Virus record (IMG/VR): IMGVR_UViG_3300042400_001354
Location: 1 to 63,574 of that record
Origin: a virus
Taxonomy: Duplodnaviria > Caudoviricetes
Reading direction: 5' to 3' (one strand)
Length of the DNA stretch: 63,574 nt
In this document: positions 46,227-56,259 of the stretch, in pieces
Numbering within the stretch: the first letter of the stretch is position 1
Layout of the letters: each line of letters starts with the position of its first letter
The notes under the pieces: generated by a model
Database searches by the model: none
What the model saw: only the letters and a program-made list of their open reading frames with translations
What the model was told of the DNA's origin: nothing
Position numbers and translations under genes: made by a program

Positions 46227-47567
46227 ATGAAAATATTTGTAGTTATGCATGTATTTAATAATTTTGGCGGTATTATTAATCACAATGAACAATTATGTGC
46301 AGGATTAAAAGAACTTGGTCACGATGTAACCTTTGCTTTTATTAAACCAACAAAAACTCAACAAAAAGGCGAAATTGATTATGCGTTAAGAGAAGGATAC
46401 GAAATTGGCGTTGGAACTGGATATCCAGTACATCAAAGTAAAGGTTGGATTTGTCCTTATTATGCGTTAAAAAATACTGATGATATTTCTAGATTTGTTA
46501 CTGATGCAAATAAACACGATTTGGTTATCTGGCAATCTATTTTTGGGTTTAAAAATGCGGAAACAGAAAAATTTTTAGATTGGACGCCAATGGTTGAAGA
46601 TGTAACAGCAAAACAAATTGTTGTTATTCATGATGGTAATTTAATTAAAAATTATTCTTGGATTTATAAATTTCAGGATAAATTCTCTGGTCTCGCATGT
46701 GTACATCCATCTGCGGTTAAATCTGCAGAATTTATGGAAATACCCAGAAATCTTATTTTAAATCCTCAAGATTTATCTAAAACGAAAGAACCAACAGTTG
46801 AGGGAAGACAAAACCGAATTTTATCTCTGCAAACATTTAAAAGATGGAAAAGAGTTGATAATTTAGTTGCAGCTGTTCCATATATTAATGGTGAGGTTAT
46901 TGTTGCTGGTGATGGTATTGAGCGAAATTACATGACCTCAGTTGATAAATGTAAACCTGAATATTACTGTACGAAACAATTCGATCCAAACGCGGATGAT
47001 AAGAGATTAGGCAAACCGATTTGGCAAAATGCTTTGAGTTCGGGTAAATATTCGTATATTGGATTTATTACTGAAGAAAAACGAGACGAAATTTTAGATT
47101 CTTGTAAATTTTTATTAGATCCAAGTTGGTCGTTAAATTATGGGGAACATTTTAATAGAGTTCTTGTTGATGCAATGATCAATGGTGTTGTACCTATTGC
47201 TAGAAATTTCGGTGTTTCTGACAACGAAAAAGGTATTGGTGAAGTATTTAAACCAAATGAAAATTATTTAATGATTCCTCATGACGCTACACCTAAAGAA
47301 TTTGGTGATTTAGTTAATTCTTTTTTTAATATTAGTGATGAAAAATATATTGAAATTGTTTTAAATAACCAACAAAAACTTAAATCGTTTGATAGAATGC
47401 GAATTGCTGAACAATTTATAAATTTAGCTTTTGGTGCGGATGGCACTGGTGAATATGCTACGCCATTAATTGGTAGAAGTAATCCAGAAATCAAAAAAAT
47501 TGCTGATAAAATGTGGAAGGAACATTTTGAAACTGAAGAAGTGTTTAGTCTTGATAGTTTTTTCTGA
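46227..47567 (+). CDS. GT-B glycosyltransferase, probable DNA glycosyltransferase
   Basis: FGGIINH..LKELGHDV, FKRWKR, GEHFNRVLVDAM; follows TET/JBP gene; C-terminal SLDSFF. Confidence 0.8.
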   Translation: MKIFVVMHVFNNFGGIINHNEQLCAGLKELGHDVTFAFIKPTKTQQKGEIDYALREGYEIGVGTGYPVHQSKGWICPYYALKNTDDISRFVTDANKHDLVIWQSIFGFKNAETEKFLDWTPMVEDVTAKQIVVIHDGNLIKNYSWIYKFQDKFSGLACVHPSAVKSAEFMEIPRNLILNPQDLSKTKEPTVEGRQNRILSLQTFKRWKRVDNLVAAVPYINGEVIVAGDGIERNYMTSVDKCKPEYYCTKQFDPNADDKRLGKPIWQNALSSGKYSYIGFITEEKRDEILDSCKFLLDPSWSLNYGEHFNRVLVDAMINGVVPIARNFGVSDNEKGIGEVFKPNENYLMIPHDATPKEFGDLVNSFFNISDEKYIEIVLNNQQKLKSFDRMRIAEQFINLAFGADGTGEYATPLIGRSNPEIKKIADKMWKEHFETEEVFSLDSFF

Positions 47568-47574
47568 GTAAAAG

Positions 47575-47599
47575 AAAAGGGAGCCGAAGCTCCCTTTTT
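47575..47599. terminator. bidirectional terminator between GT and gp23
   Basis: AAAAGGGAGC-CGAA-GCTCCCTTTT; cUUCGg loop on minus strand. Confidence 0.92.
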
Positions 47600-47621
47600 G
47601 TTTCGTCCTTGAAACCAACTA

Positions 47622-48917
47622 TTACATTAAATTTTTAACAGTAAAAATTCTGTAGTAGTTGTTTGAACGAGATTTAATATCACCTAAACCTTGTGTCAAA
47701 CCTTCAGCAAATGGATTAGCAACTAAACCGTAACGAGTTTTGAAGCCAATTTTTGGTTGGAAAGTATCAGGATCAACCGCACGAACCATTTGTAGAGGAA
47801 CGTATGGGCAGTAGAAAATACCTGAATCATAAGGACTTGTACCTTTATAACCAACAGTTACTAATTCTACATTTTGAGCTGAACCACCAAAATATGGATC
47901 AATGTAAACTTTAATACGACCATGCAACAAACCAGCATAAGTATTACCAGTATCATCAACAGTTAAATCAGAAGACAAAGCAGGAGTATATTGTAATACA
48001 CCAGCCATAGCTAAAGCTGAAGCAACGTCTGAAGAAACGATCATAATGTTACCTTTACCACGACGAGTTGTTTTAGCGATTTGATTCGCTTCACGTTCGA
48101 TATGATAAATTAAACCTTTAAATCTTTCAACTGACCAACGACCGTTAGAATCTGTATCCAAATCAAATACGCCTGGAGTAACAGTACCAAATTGAGCGCC
48201 TGCTTTAGCAACAACGTAGATTGTACGGATAACTTCACGATTAATTTCAGCTAAGATTTCTGTAGAAAGAACGTTTGATAATTCTGTTTCAGCGTCTAAC
48301 CCGTGGATAGCTTTTAAATCTTGTGCCATTTCTAAGCTATATTCAGCTTTTAATGCACGAGTTTTAGCGGCAACGGTTACTTTCTCGATTGTGATTGACA
48401 TTTGTGGGAAAGGATTTAAAACCTCGCCTGCAGCAGTTGTCATACCTCTACCAGAATCGAAAGAAGTATTAGCTAATGGACCAGTAGAACTAACAACTGA
48501 ATTTGCAGTACCAGTTGCAACTGAACCACCGTCGCCAACGATACCAGAGAAAATTGTGTTAGCTTCATTGTAGAATGCTTCTGCGCCAGATTGATCGCCG
48601 TAACGTGAACGTAAAGCAAAAATCAACCCTGTAGGACCAGTCATTGGTTGGACGCCAGCAACATCATAAGCAATTAAGTTAGGAAGAGCACGACGTACTA
48701 AACTGATTAAGATAGGATCAAAATTTGAAATGCCAGCAGCCAAGTTACCTGGAGTGCTTTCATTTAAAGTTTGACGATCTGAGTCCATTGCAGATTGTTG
48801 GTTTTCTAATACGATAGCTGTTACTGCTTTTTTGTATGGATCAGAAATTTTTGATAATTCTGGATGATCCAATACTGGACTCCATTTTGATTGTAATTCT
48901 TCATTTAATAATGCCAT
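47622..48917 (-). CDS. gp23: major capsid protein
   Basis: GVQPMTGPTGLIFA, ELSNVLSTEI, FQPKIGFKTRYG. Confidence 0.98.
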   Translation of the reverse strand: MALLNEELQSKWSPVLDHPELSKISDPYKKAVTAIVLENQQSAMDSDRQTLNESTPGNLAAGISNFDPILISLVRRALPNLIAYDVAGVQPMTGPTGLIFALRSRYGDQSGAEAFYNEANTIFSGIVGDGGSVATGTANSVVSSTGPLANTSFDSGRGMTTAAGEVLNPFPQMSITIEKVTVAAKTRALKAEYSLEMAQDLKAIHGLDAETELSNVLSTEILAEINREVIRTIYVVAKAGAQFGTVTPGVFDLDTDSNGRWSVERFKGLIYHIEREANQIAKTTRRGKGNIMIVSSDVASALAMAGVLQYTPALSSDLTVDDTGNTYAGLLHGRIKVYIDPYFGGSAQNVELVTVGYKGTSPYDSGIFYCPYVPLQMVRAVDPDTFQPKIGFKTRYGLVANPFAEGLTQGLGDIKSRSNNYYRIFTVKNLM

Positions 48918-48949
48918 TTAAATTGACTCCTTTATATTCTTTAAATTAT

Positions 48950-48957
48950 TATTTATT
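48950..48957 (-). promoter_or_regulatory. late promoter variant for gp23
   Basis: AATAAATA about 33 nt upstream of ATG; same at 50059-50066 for gp22. Confidence 0.55.
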
Positions 48958-50026
48958 ATTTTAAAATTGTTTGTGAGATTCTCGATGCATAAGCGGCAAT
49001 CAAAGGATCTACAACAGGCGTTTTTACATCTTCGGTTAATTCAACAATGTCATTCAAAGATTCGATCGAAGCAGGTTTTACTGTAGCAACTGAAAAATAA
49101 GATTCTTTAATTGCTTCAATTTGACCAACAAAATCTTCTTCGCTTACAAATTCTACGCTCTCTGCAATAGTTTTAATTTTTTCAGCTTGAGATAATGTCA
49201 AACCTTCACAAACTGAGTGAAGAGCTTCAATTTTTTTTTGTTCTGACAATTTTTGTTTCAAATCAATGTTTTTTGACATTTCTTCATTGACTTGTTTTTC
49301 TAATGCTTCTACTTTAGAAGCCAATTCTTCTACTACATCAAATTTTTCTTCAGGAATATCGATATAGTGTTCTTCGAACACAGTTTTTAACGAATTAATA
49401 AAACCTTCAGCAATTTCAGTTCTTAAACCTGATTCTACTGCTAATGTATTTTCTTCCATCCAAGATTCAGCAACGTAATCTAAATATTCATCAACTTTAG
49501 AAGCAAAATCTTCTTTCATTTCTTCATAAGCTTCTTCGAATTGAGCAACATATTGAGCTTCTAATTCTTCAGCTAATTCAGAAACTTTAGATTTTACAGC
49601 TGCTTCAAAAATTGCTGTTGCTTTACGTTTGAATTCTTCAGAAAGGTTTTCGCCAGCCATTAATGCTGCAATATCTTCATTAACTTCATCGCCTTCAATT
49701 TCGCCATCACCTTCGTTAACACCTTTTTTAGGAAGTTGATTAACTTTTGTGTTAGCTTTAGAAACAGTTTCTGCTGGTTGAGGAGCTAAAGATTTCATAG
49801 GTTCTTGGCCGACTGGTGGAGTTTGACCAGGAGATGTTGCTGATGGTGCATTTATATCATATTTTTCAATACCAGCATTACCGATTTTTTGTTCATCTTT
49901 ATTTGCGGTATCATTTAATTTTTGACCTAAACCAAATGAATCTTGTTGAGAATCTTTACTTTTTTTATTTGCATTTAGAATTTCTAAAGCAGCTTCTGAA
50001 AGATTTAAATTTGTATCTTGTGACAT
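48956..50026 (-). CDS. gp22: prohead core scaffold
   Basis: LSEEFKRKATAIFEAAV, VDEYLDYV..WM.EN, IKESYF. Confidence 0.93.
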   Translation of the reverse strand: MSQDTNLNLSEAALEILNANKKSKDSQQDSFGLGQKLNDTANKDEQKIGNAGIEKYDINAPSATSPGQTPPVGQEPMKSLAPQPAETVSKANTKVNQLPKKGVNEGDGEIEGDEVNEDIAALMAGENLSEEFKRKATAIFEAAVKSKVSELAEELEAQYVAQFEEAYEEMKEDFASKVDEYLDYVAESWMEENTLAVESGLRTEIAEGFINSLKTVFEEHYIDIPEEKFDVVEELASKVEALEKQVNEEMSKNIDLKQKLSEQKKIEALHSVCEGLTLSQAEKIKTIAESVEFVSEEDFVGQIEAIKESYFSVATVKPASIESLNDIVELTEDVKTPVVDPLIAAYASRISQTILK

Positions 50027-50082
50027 TAAATATCTCCTTAATATTATTATTTAATAATTATTTATTAAAATTTTATTTTTAG

Positions 50083-50724
50083 TTAAAGTTTTGATAAAAA
50101 GTTTTCGAATATTTTTAAAGCAACAGGTTCAACATCCTCAGCTTTAAGTTTTTTTAGTGTTGTTCTAGATTCCTCTAGGTATTGTTCAACCCAACCTTTA
50201 CCTTCAATATACATCCATTCTTTACCTTCCATTAACCCTTCAACATAACAATCTTTTCCTGATGGATCTAACACAATATCAACTGTAACTAAACGAAAAT
50301 CTGGTTGGACATATTTAATGCCATTTGATTCTTTAATCGAACCCATGCCACGAGTAGAAACTCCAAAATTTACACCAGCATCAATAAATGATTTTACGAT
50401 ATTGCCATTTGGTGTATCTAAAATGGTAGCTTCACCGAAACAACGATGATCATCAAAATCTAATTTTGTTATAAGGTGAGACACTTTATCAGGATTGATT
50501 TGGGGTCCTTCTGGGTGCGATAATTCGCCTAAAGCTCTACGAGTATCAATGTAATCTCTTTTATATCTAGCAACTTCAGGAAGCATATGTTCTTTTACAT
50601 AAATTCTTCCATTTCTATTTTGTTCGTTGCAATGAATGAAATAACCTTTAATTGAATGTTGTTTTTTACCACCAACTTCTTCTACAAGAACATCTGTCTC
50701 GGTGAATTCGTTTAACACTTTCAT
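50083..50724 (-). CDS. gp21: prohead protease
   Basis: NRNGRIY, ALGELSHP, GVSTRGMGS, DIVLDPS. Confidence 0.95.
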   Translation of the reverse strand: MKVLNEFTETDVLVEEVGGKKQHSIKGYFIHCNEQNRNGRIYVKEHMLPEVARYKRDYIDTRRALGELSHPEGPQINPDKVSHLITKLDFDDHRCFGEATILDTPNGNIVKSFIDAGVNFGVSTRGMGSIKESNGIKYVQPDFRLVTVDIVLDPSGKDCYVEGLMEGKEWMYIEGKGWVEQYLEESRTTLKKLKAEDVEPVALKIFENFLSKL

Positions 50725-51134
50725 TATTCTGTTAACTCCTGTTGTTGATCAGATTCCATTATATCTGATGTTATTTGTACAGCTTGTTCTAGGATTTCTA
50801 AAAAATTTTTATCTGATGTATTTATTTGGTCAATTAATCCTACATTAGACTCAAGAAAGTTTAAAATAACATCAGCGCATTCTTTATTTATATGTAACTC
50901 GCTTAAATCGTCAAATAATATGGTTTGAACATTATCGGTTTCTGATATTTGAGATAATGTGTCCATTATTGATTCTGTGGTATTAGAAAATTGCGATCCA
51001 TCTAATGGAACTGTAATATACTGATTTAAATGGTCAGAGTGATACAGAGCAACTTGTTGTCCATTAGGAAATCTTTGTATGAAGGCTCGTTTTAAAATTA
51101 AAACTTGTGGTAAATCTTGTTTTTTCTTAGCCAT
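50724..51134 (-). CDS. putative prohead core protein (gp67/gp68 position)
   Basis: Synteny between gp20 and gp21; LILKR...FPNGQQVALY. Confidence 0.6.
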   Translation of the reverse strand: MAKKKQDLPQVLILKRAFIQRFPNGQQVALYHSDHLNQYITVPLDGSQFSNTTESIMDTLSQISETDNVQTILFDDLSELHINKECADVILNFLESNVGLIDQINTSDKNFLEILEQAVQITSDIMESDQQQELTE

Positions 51135-52797
51135 AGTATGGGTTATTTCCTTGTTGGTCTACTTCTTGTTTTGTTGAGCTTTTTGAGGATTTTTGTTTTG
51201 AGTTATCATTTGGGTTCGGTTGATCTCCAGATTGGTCTTGAGTGTCTTCAGGATTTCCTCCAGGAATCGTTTCCCCGCCAAGACCCATAGTAGGGTCATT
51301 TGCTAATTTTGGGTCTGGATACATTCCATCTTTAATTTCTTGATCCATTTGTTTTTGCATTCTTTTAATTAGATCATCATCTTGTTGTAAAATATTTTGT
51401 TTGATCCATTCTACAGAGTAGTATACACCTTTAAATTGGTCGATTGTAGCTAATAAATTTAATCTATTAGTTAATAATTCTGCTTCTTTTAATTCTGCGT
51501 AGTTATTATCTTTTTTAAAATCGTAATATATATCTTGTTTATATTCTTCAAAATCTTCTTCAGTGCAAATACCTTTTAATAAACATTGTGTTTTTAATGC
51601 TTGATCGAATAAATCTGTAAATTTATTTCTTAATCTATTGACGAATTTATCAAATTTTATTTCGTCTCTAGAAATAACTTGATTCGTACCAACATCAAAA
51701 GGTGTTTCTGGTTGTTCTAATCTAGAAAATGGAACATTAAGAGCTTTATATAATTTTTTCTCGAAATATTGCACCATTGACATATCATCAAAAGCAGAAG
51801 ATGATGGTAATGTTGTAATTTCTGTAGATTTGTTGTCCGAACGACGGGGAAGCCAAAAATCTTCCATCATAGAAAGATATTTTCTATCATCTCTTACTTC
51901 GCCTGTATTAGCATCGTAAACAACTTTATTTTTATATTTTGTCATAATATCTTTAAGATATTGCTCTGCCTTCATTTTAGGTAGATTTCCAACGTCAATA
52001 TAAAATATTCTTCGCTCAGGTGCTCTTGAAACTTTGTAAATTACTGTAGCATCCTCAATCATTCTTAATTGATTAAGAGGTTTTATTGCTTTATGTAAAT
52101 AACTTAGTACAATTGATCTTTTAGCATCTAATAATCCTGAAGTGATGCTAATAATAGAATCTGGGGTAATTCGTAATCCAGAATTACTTAAATTGGATTT
52201 TGTTGATATAACTTCAGAATAAATATAATATTCAACATATCCTTGTACAATATCATATCCTGTTGTTTTATCTTTTACTTTCCTAATTTCTCTAATTTTA
52301 GAAAGTTTTCTTGGATCAGTGTATCTTAATTCTTGAATACCTGCTCCAGGATTTTCTTTATCAAGAATTACATTATAAAATAATCTACCATCAACATAAT
52401 ATCTTCTAAAAATATCTTGCCCTAAATTTTTAAAATTCAATAATGTTAAAATATTGTTGAATTCTTCTTCTATTGCAGATTTTACTTTTGGCGGAGCTTT
52501 TACATTATCTAAAACAATATCAACGAAGCTACCATCTTGTTGGATAATAGCTTCGTTGATGATGTCATCCACTGCACTTTCTATTTCGGGTTGCATTGCC
52601 ATTTCTCGATATCGAGTAATTAACTCTACATCGTTTTTATAATTTGAATCTAAATCTATACTTGTTCCATAATGTGCAGCAGCAGTTATGGTTACTGCGC
52701 CATCATCGAGAACAGGTGGAGAAAAAGAAGGTAGCACTTCCTGTGCTGGTGTATCTTTCCCTAATTTAAATCCGAATAAACTCCAACGATTTTTCAT
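51127..52797 (-). CDS. gp20: portal protein
   Basis: YLHKAIKP.NQL, RAPERRIFYIDVGN, EDFWLPRR. Confidence 0.97.
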   Translation of the reverse strand: MKNRWSLFGFKLGKDTPAQEVLPSFSPPVLDDGAVTITAAAHYGTSIDLDSNYKNDVELITRYREMAMQPEIESAVDDIINEAIIQQDGSFVDIVLDNVKAPPKVKSAIEEEFNNILTLLNFKNLGQDIFRRYYVDGRLFYNVILDKENPGAGIQELRYTDPRKLSKIREIRKVKDKTTGYDIVQGYVEYYIYSEVISTKSNLSNSGLRITPDSIISITSGLLDAKRSIVLSYLHKAIKPLNQLRMIEDATVIYKVSRAPERRIFYIDVGNLPKMKAEQYLKDIMTKYKNKVVYDANTGEVRDDRKYLSMMEDFWLPRRSDNKSTEITTLPSSSAFDDMSMVQYFEKKLYKALNVPFSRLEQPETPFDVGTNQVISRDEIKFDKFVNRLRNKFTDLFDQALKTQCLLKGICTEEDFEEYKQDIYYDFKKDNNYAELKEAELLTNRLNLLATIDQFKGVYYSVEWIKQNILQQDDDLIKRMQKQMDQEIKDGMYPDPKLANDPTMGLGGETIPGGNPEDTQDQSGDQPNPNDNSKQKSSKSSTKQEVDQQGNNPYYG

Positions 52798-53631
52798 TTA
52801 TTGCCCTTTATTATATAAGTAATTCCATTCATTAAATTTAGTATTTCGCAATTTATTTTTTAAAATATCATAAGACATATGAACGCCCATATTATCTTTT
52901 ATATACTGTATGGCATCTTTCATAGAATTAAAAATACCATATGGCGTTTGTATTGTTTTACAATTATTTTTAATTTTTCTTGTGTTTGATTTAACTGTAT
53001 ATTTTTTATTTATATAAAACCAATCACTTTTATTCGGATTATTTAATTTTGAAAAAATTTTACTATAAGTTATATTTATATTTTGTTCGTTAAAATAAAA
53101 TTCTGCTTCTTTTATCGAATCAAAAACGCCATATGGCGTAGAAAGTTTTTGAGCTGCGTTGTTATTTTTTCCTGTTTGATTAACGTGTGACCTAGATCCT
53201 TTCATATTTTCTTTATGTCTTTGTGTTTTTAATATTCTTGTAAAACGTTCTTTACTAATTAAAGATTGTTTTAATTTTCTTTCCTTAGACCAAAAATCGG
53301 AAGCATTTAATACCCCATCACCACCGATAGTCATATTATAACCCATACTATTTTCTGAATTTACGAAAGTATTATATTCAATAATAAAATCATTTTCCAT
53401 AATGTTTTTTGTGTATAATTTATCTTTTGATTGATAAATTATACTAATTGTAAAATTATCCCACCCATATTTTCTTAATGATTTATAAAACACTGAATTA
53501 TATGATTTACATTTTAAATTTAAATGGCAAGTTTTATGGTCTTTTATTCTTTTTGGGTATTTAGAATCAAATCCGATATAAGATTTCCCATTTATTTTAT
53601 TTGTACATTTATATATTGTGTATATACTCAT
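52798..53631 (-). CDS. GIY-YIG homing endonuclease
   Basis: YTIYKCTNKINGKSYIG, GYNMTIGGDG, two TPYG.F.S..A repeats. Confidence 0.9.
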   Translation of the reverse strand: MSIYTIYKCTNKINGKSYIGFDSKYPKRIKDHKTCHLNLKCKSYNSVFYKSLRKYGWDNFTISIIYQSKDKLYTKNIMENDFIIEYNTFVNSENSMGYNMTIGGDGVLNASDFWSKERKLKQSLISKERFTRILKTQRHKENMKGSRSHVNQTGKNNNAAQKLSTPYGVFDSIKEAEFYFNEQNINITYSKIFSKLNNPNKSDWFYINKKYTVKSNTRKIKNNCKTIQTPYGIFNSMKDAIQYIKDNMGVHMSYDILKNKLRNTKFNEWNYLYNKGQ

Positions 53632-53660
53632 TTTATGGGCGGGGTAAATTACCTTTTTAA

Positions 53661-54203
53661 TTATATTAATGTTGCGTCATTTGTCCAATATTGATAAGAC
53701 AAAGTGACACCAAATTCTTCAATTGTATCGTTTTGGTTCCATGCAACATTGATTGGATCAACTTGTGTTGGAAATAAACCATAAAAATAATAAGTTTTAA
53801 TTGGTGCACCAATTTTTGAATATTGTGTAACAGATGCATCAACAGCATAACCTAAAGAATTAATTGCAACTGGGTTACGAATATTAAAATTGTGACTATT
53901 AATTGTATTCGACCAAGCTTCAAACGCATCTCTTATTGCGAAATCTTCGTCGTTTACGATATTAATAGACCAATCAGGAAAAATACGATCACCAGGAAAC
54001 TTAACTTCACGACCAAAATAACTTTGTCTCGCAACGCCAACAATAGATGGTGGCAATTGAGTTGAATTAGCCATAAAGGTCAATTTTCTTGATGCTACTT
54101 GTCTACCTAAAAGTTGAGGGAAATTTAATGTTACCGAGAATAAATTAGGTCTCGCTCCATCAGCTACCATCTGAGCTCTAAATTCATTTACATTGAACGC
54201 CAT
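53661..54203 (-). CDS. gp19: tail tube protein
   Basis: GARPNLF, PGDRIF..W, NDEDF, IEEFGVT..YQYW. Confidence 0.95.
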   Translation of the reverse strand: MAFNVNEFRAQMVADGARPNLFSVTLNFPQLLGRQVASRKLTFMANSTQLPPSIVGVARQSYFGREVKFPGDRIFPDWSINIVNDEDFAIRDAFEAWSNTINSHNFNIRNPVAINSLGYAVDASVTQYSKIGAPIKTYYFYGLFPTQVDPINVAWNQNDTIEEFGVTLSYQYWTNDATLI

Positions 54204-54237
54204 GTTCGATTACTCCTTGTTTTTAAATATTTTTAAT

Positions 54238-54245
54238 TATTTATA
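54238..54245 (-). promoter_or_regulatory. T4-type late promoter for gp19
   Basis: TATAAATA. Confidence 0.75.
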
Positions 54246-54252
54246 TTTTTAG

Positions 54253-54276
54253 AAAAGGGGTAATTAATACCCCTTT
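54253..54276 (-). terminator. terminator-like hairpin after gp18
   Basis: AAAGGGGTA-TTAAT-TACCCCTTTT. Confidence 0.7.
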
Positions 54277-54294
54277 AAAAACTATAAAATAATA

Positions 54295-56193
54295 TTAGAA
54301 TTTACCAGCAATCTCAACGAATTCAACGCCAGAACGAACAGCAACAAAATTCAATTGAATAAAGTTAATAGATTTAGCTGGTTTGATATAAATATCGCCA
54401 ACGAATCTATTGGAATCAACTACTTCTCCTGTATTGTTTGATGCATCACAAACTACAGAGTAATCATAAATACCTCTACGACCTTTTACATCTCTTAAAA
54501 ATGGTTCGACTAGAGATACAAATTGAGATCTTGTGAATTCGTCATTAAATTCGAATAACGAGTATTTAGCAGCAGTTGAAATTGCTTTTTCAAGAGTGAT
54601 GAATAACCTACGGACATTAATACGATCAAAAGCACTTGGTTTCGCTTGTAATGTTTTATCTCCGTAAAGAACAATACCTTCTCCTGGAAAAGCTACTACA
54701 GGATTAATACCGTTTTTATATAATTCGTTTCGTTGAGTTTTTGATGGATTCCAAGATAATTTAATTGCATTTAAAATTTGTCCGCGATTAAAACCTGCTG
54801 GAGAGAACCATGGATCACGAATTGAATCGGTTCTTGCGCATAAACCTGCTATATCTCCGTTTAATGGTACATAACGATACTTATTATTGTATTTGTCGAA
54901 TTGATATTTCCATGCTGAATCCATTACACCATACGAAGAACCAGCTGATAATAAATTATTTCTGTACTCGATGATTTTATCCATATTAATGCTATCAACT
55001 GCATCAGCTTTTAATGGAGAAATAAACGCAACACAATCTTTTCTCTGATTTGCAATACTCAATACACTTGTAGCAACAGTTTGTGTTGCTGGTCCAGAAA
55101 TCAATAAAGAAATATCAACTTCTTCAGAATTAGAATACTTACCAAACGCAGTAACTAATTCTGCATCTCCTGGAGATGCATCAACACCGCCAGCTAATTT
55201 CACTGTGTAATTTGCAACTTGGTCAAAATTTGGTCCGTGATCTGCATCTTGACCCCAATCTGTTGCTCCTGATAGTGTATCTATAGCATAAATATATTTA
55301 GATTGGTTGAATATTTTTGTCGCATAAAAATTAGGCGAACCATCATCTGTTTTTGCGTTACCAGCTTTAGAAACATTTGAATATTTTTCTAAGATACCGT
55401 CTTTTATTCCAGAAAATTTAGCATCACTATCAATAACAATGACATGTAATTCGTCATTTGTTGAAGATGTTGTTTCTCCAAATTGAGATGTTCCTGGAGC
55501 AGAATCAAAATATGCTGCATATTTCCATTTTAATGTAGCTGCTGGTGCAGAGGCACCATTTGCAGTTGATCCAATGTATGGTGTAGTTAAAACTATTGTT
55601 GTATTTGATGCGTTTACGGTAGATGTAGAAATTGTATATGTATTAGATCCAATTAAAATTGTATCTCCAGTTGTAAATTTCGCATTTGCTGCTGATACTG
55701 TAGACGGTAACACTGCAACATTGGAAGAAGATGTTACATTTGCTGTTGTTGTGTACGAGAACGAATTAGTTGCAGAACAAACAGAAATTGTTAATGAATT
55801 ACCTAATGTTCCAGGATAACGAGCAGCAAATGGTCCAACGTCTGTTTTTGCGCCAAATGTGTAAGTAGTTTCAGCAATATCTTCGTTTGTAATTAATTCT
55901 CCTTGTGTATCAGCAGACGCATTTTTTGCTGATGAGCCGATTGCGCGAACAATTTTTAAATTATTACTGTATGATAGAAAATTAGCAGCTGTAAAAAATG
56001 ATGTAAAACTATTTGATGTAGGTTTACCAAATGTAGATGCTAGTAAATTTTCAGAATCAATTGTTGTTATAGTGCTAGCTGGTCCCCAGCTAAATTCTCC
56101 AGCAAACGCTCCAATAGATGTTGCTACTGCAGGAACAACATTCGTTAAATCAATTTCAGATACATTTACACCTGGTGATAATTGAAATGCCAT
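54295..56193 (-). CDS. gp18: tail sheath protein
   Basis: LSPGVNVSEIDLT, WFSPAG, FDRINVRRLF. Confidence 0.97.
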   Translation of the reverse strand: MAFQLSPGVNVSEIDLTNVVPAVATSIGAFAGEFSWGPASTITTIDSENLLASTFGKPTSNSFTSFFTAANFLSYSNNLKIVRAIGSSAKNASADTQGELITNEDIAETTYTFGAKTDVGPFAARYPGTLGNSLTISVCSATNSFSYTTTANVTSSSNVAVLPSTVSAANAKFTTGDTILIGSNTYTISTSTVNASNTTIVLTTPYIGSTANGASAPAATLKWKYAAYFDSAPGTSQFGETTSSTNDELHVIVIDSDAKFSGIKDGILEKYSNVSKAGNAKTDDGSPNFYATKIFNQSKYIYAIDTLSGATDWGQDADHGPNFDQVANYTVKLAGGVDASPGDAELVTAFGKYSNSEEVDISLLISGPATQTVATSVLSIANQRKDCVAFISPLKADAVDSINMDKIIEYRNNLLSAGSSYGVMDSAWKYQFDKYNNKYRYVPLNGDIAGLCARTDSIRDPWFSPAGFNRGQILNAIKLSWNPSKTQRNELYKNGINPVVAFPGEGIVLYGDKTLQAKPSAFDRINVRRLFITLEKAISTAAKYSLFEFNDEFTRSQFVSLVEPFLRDVKGRRGIYDYSVVCDASNNTGEVVDSNRFVGDIYIKPAKSINFIQLNFVAVRSGVEFVEIAGKF

Positions 56194-56240
56194 AAAATAC
56201 TCCTTGTTTAATAAAAATGAAAGTCAGTTTTCATAATTAT

Positions 56241-56248
56241 TATTTATA
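56241..56248 (-). promoter_or_regulatory. T4-type late promoter for gp18
   Basis: TATAAATA. Confidence 0.75.
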
Positions 56249-56259
56249 AATTTGAAATT

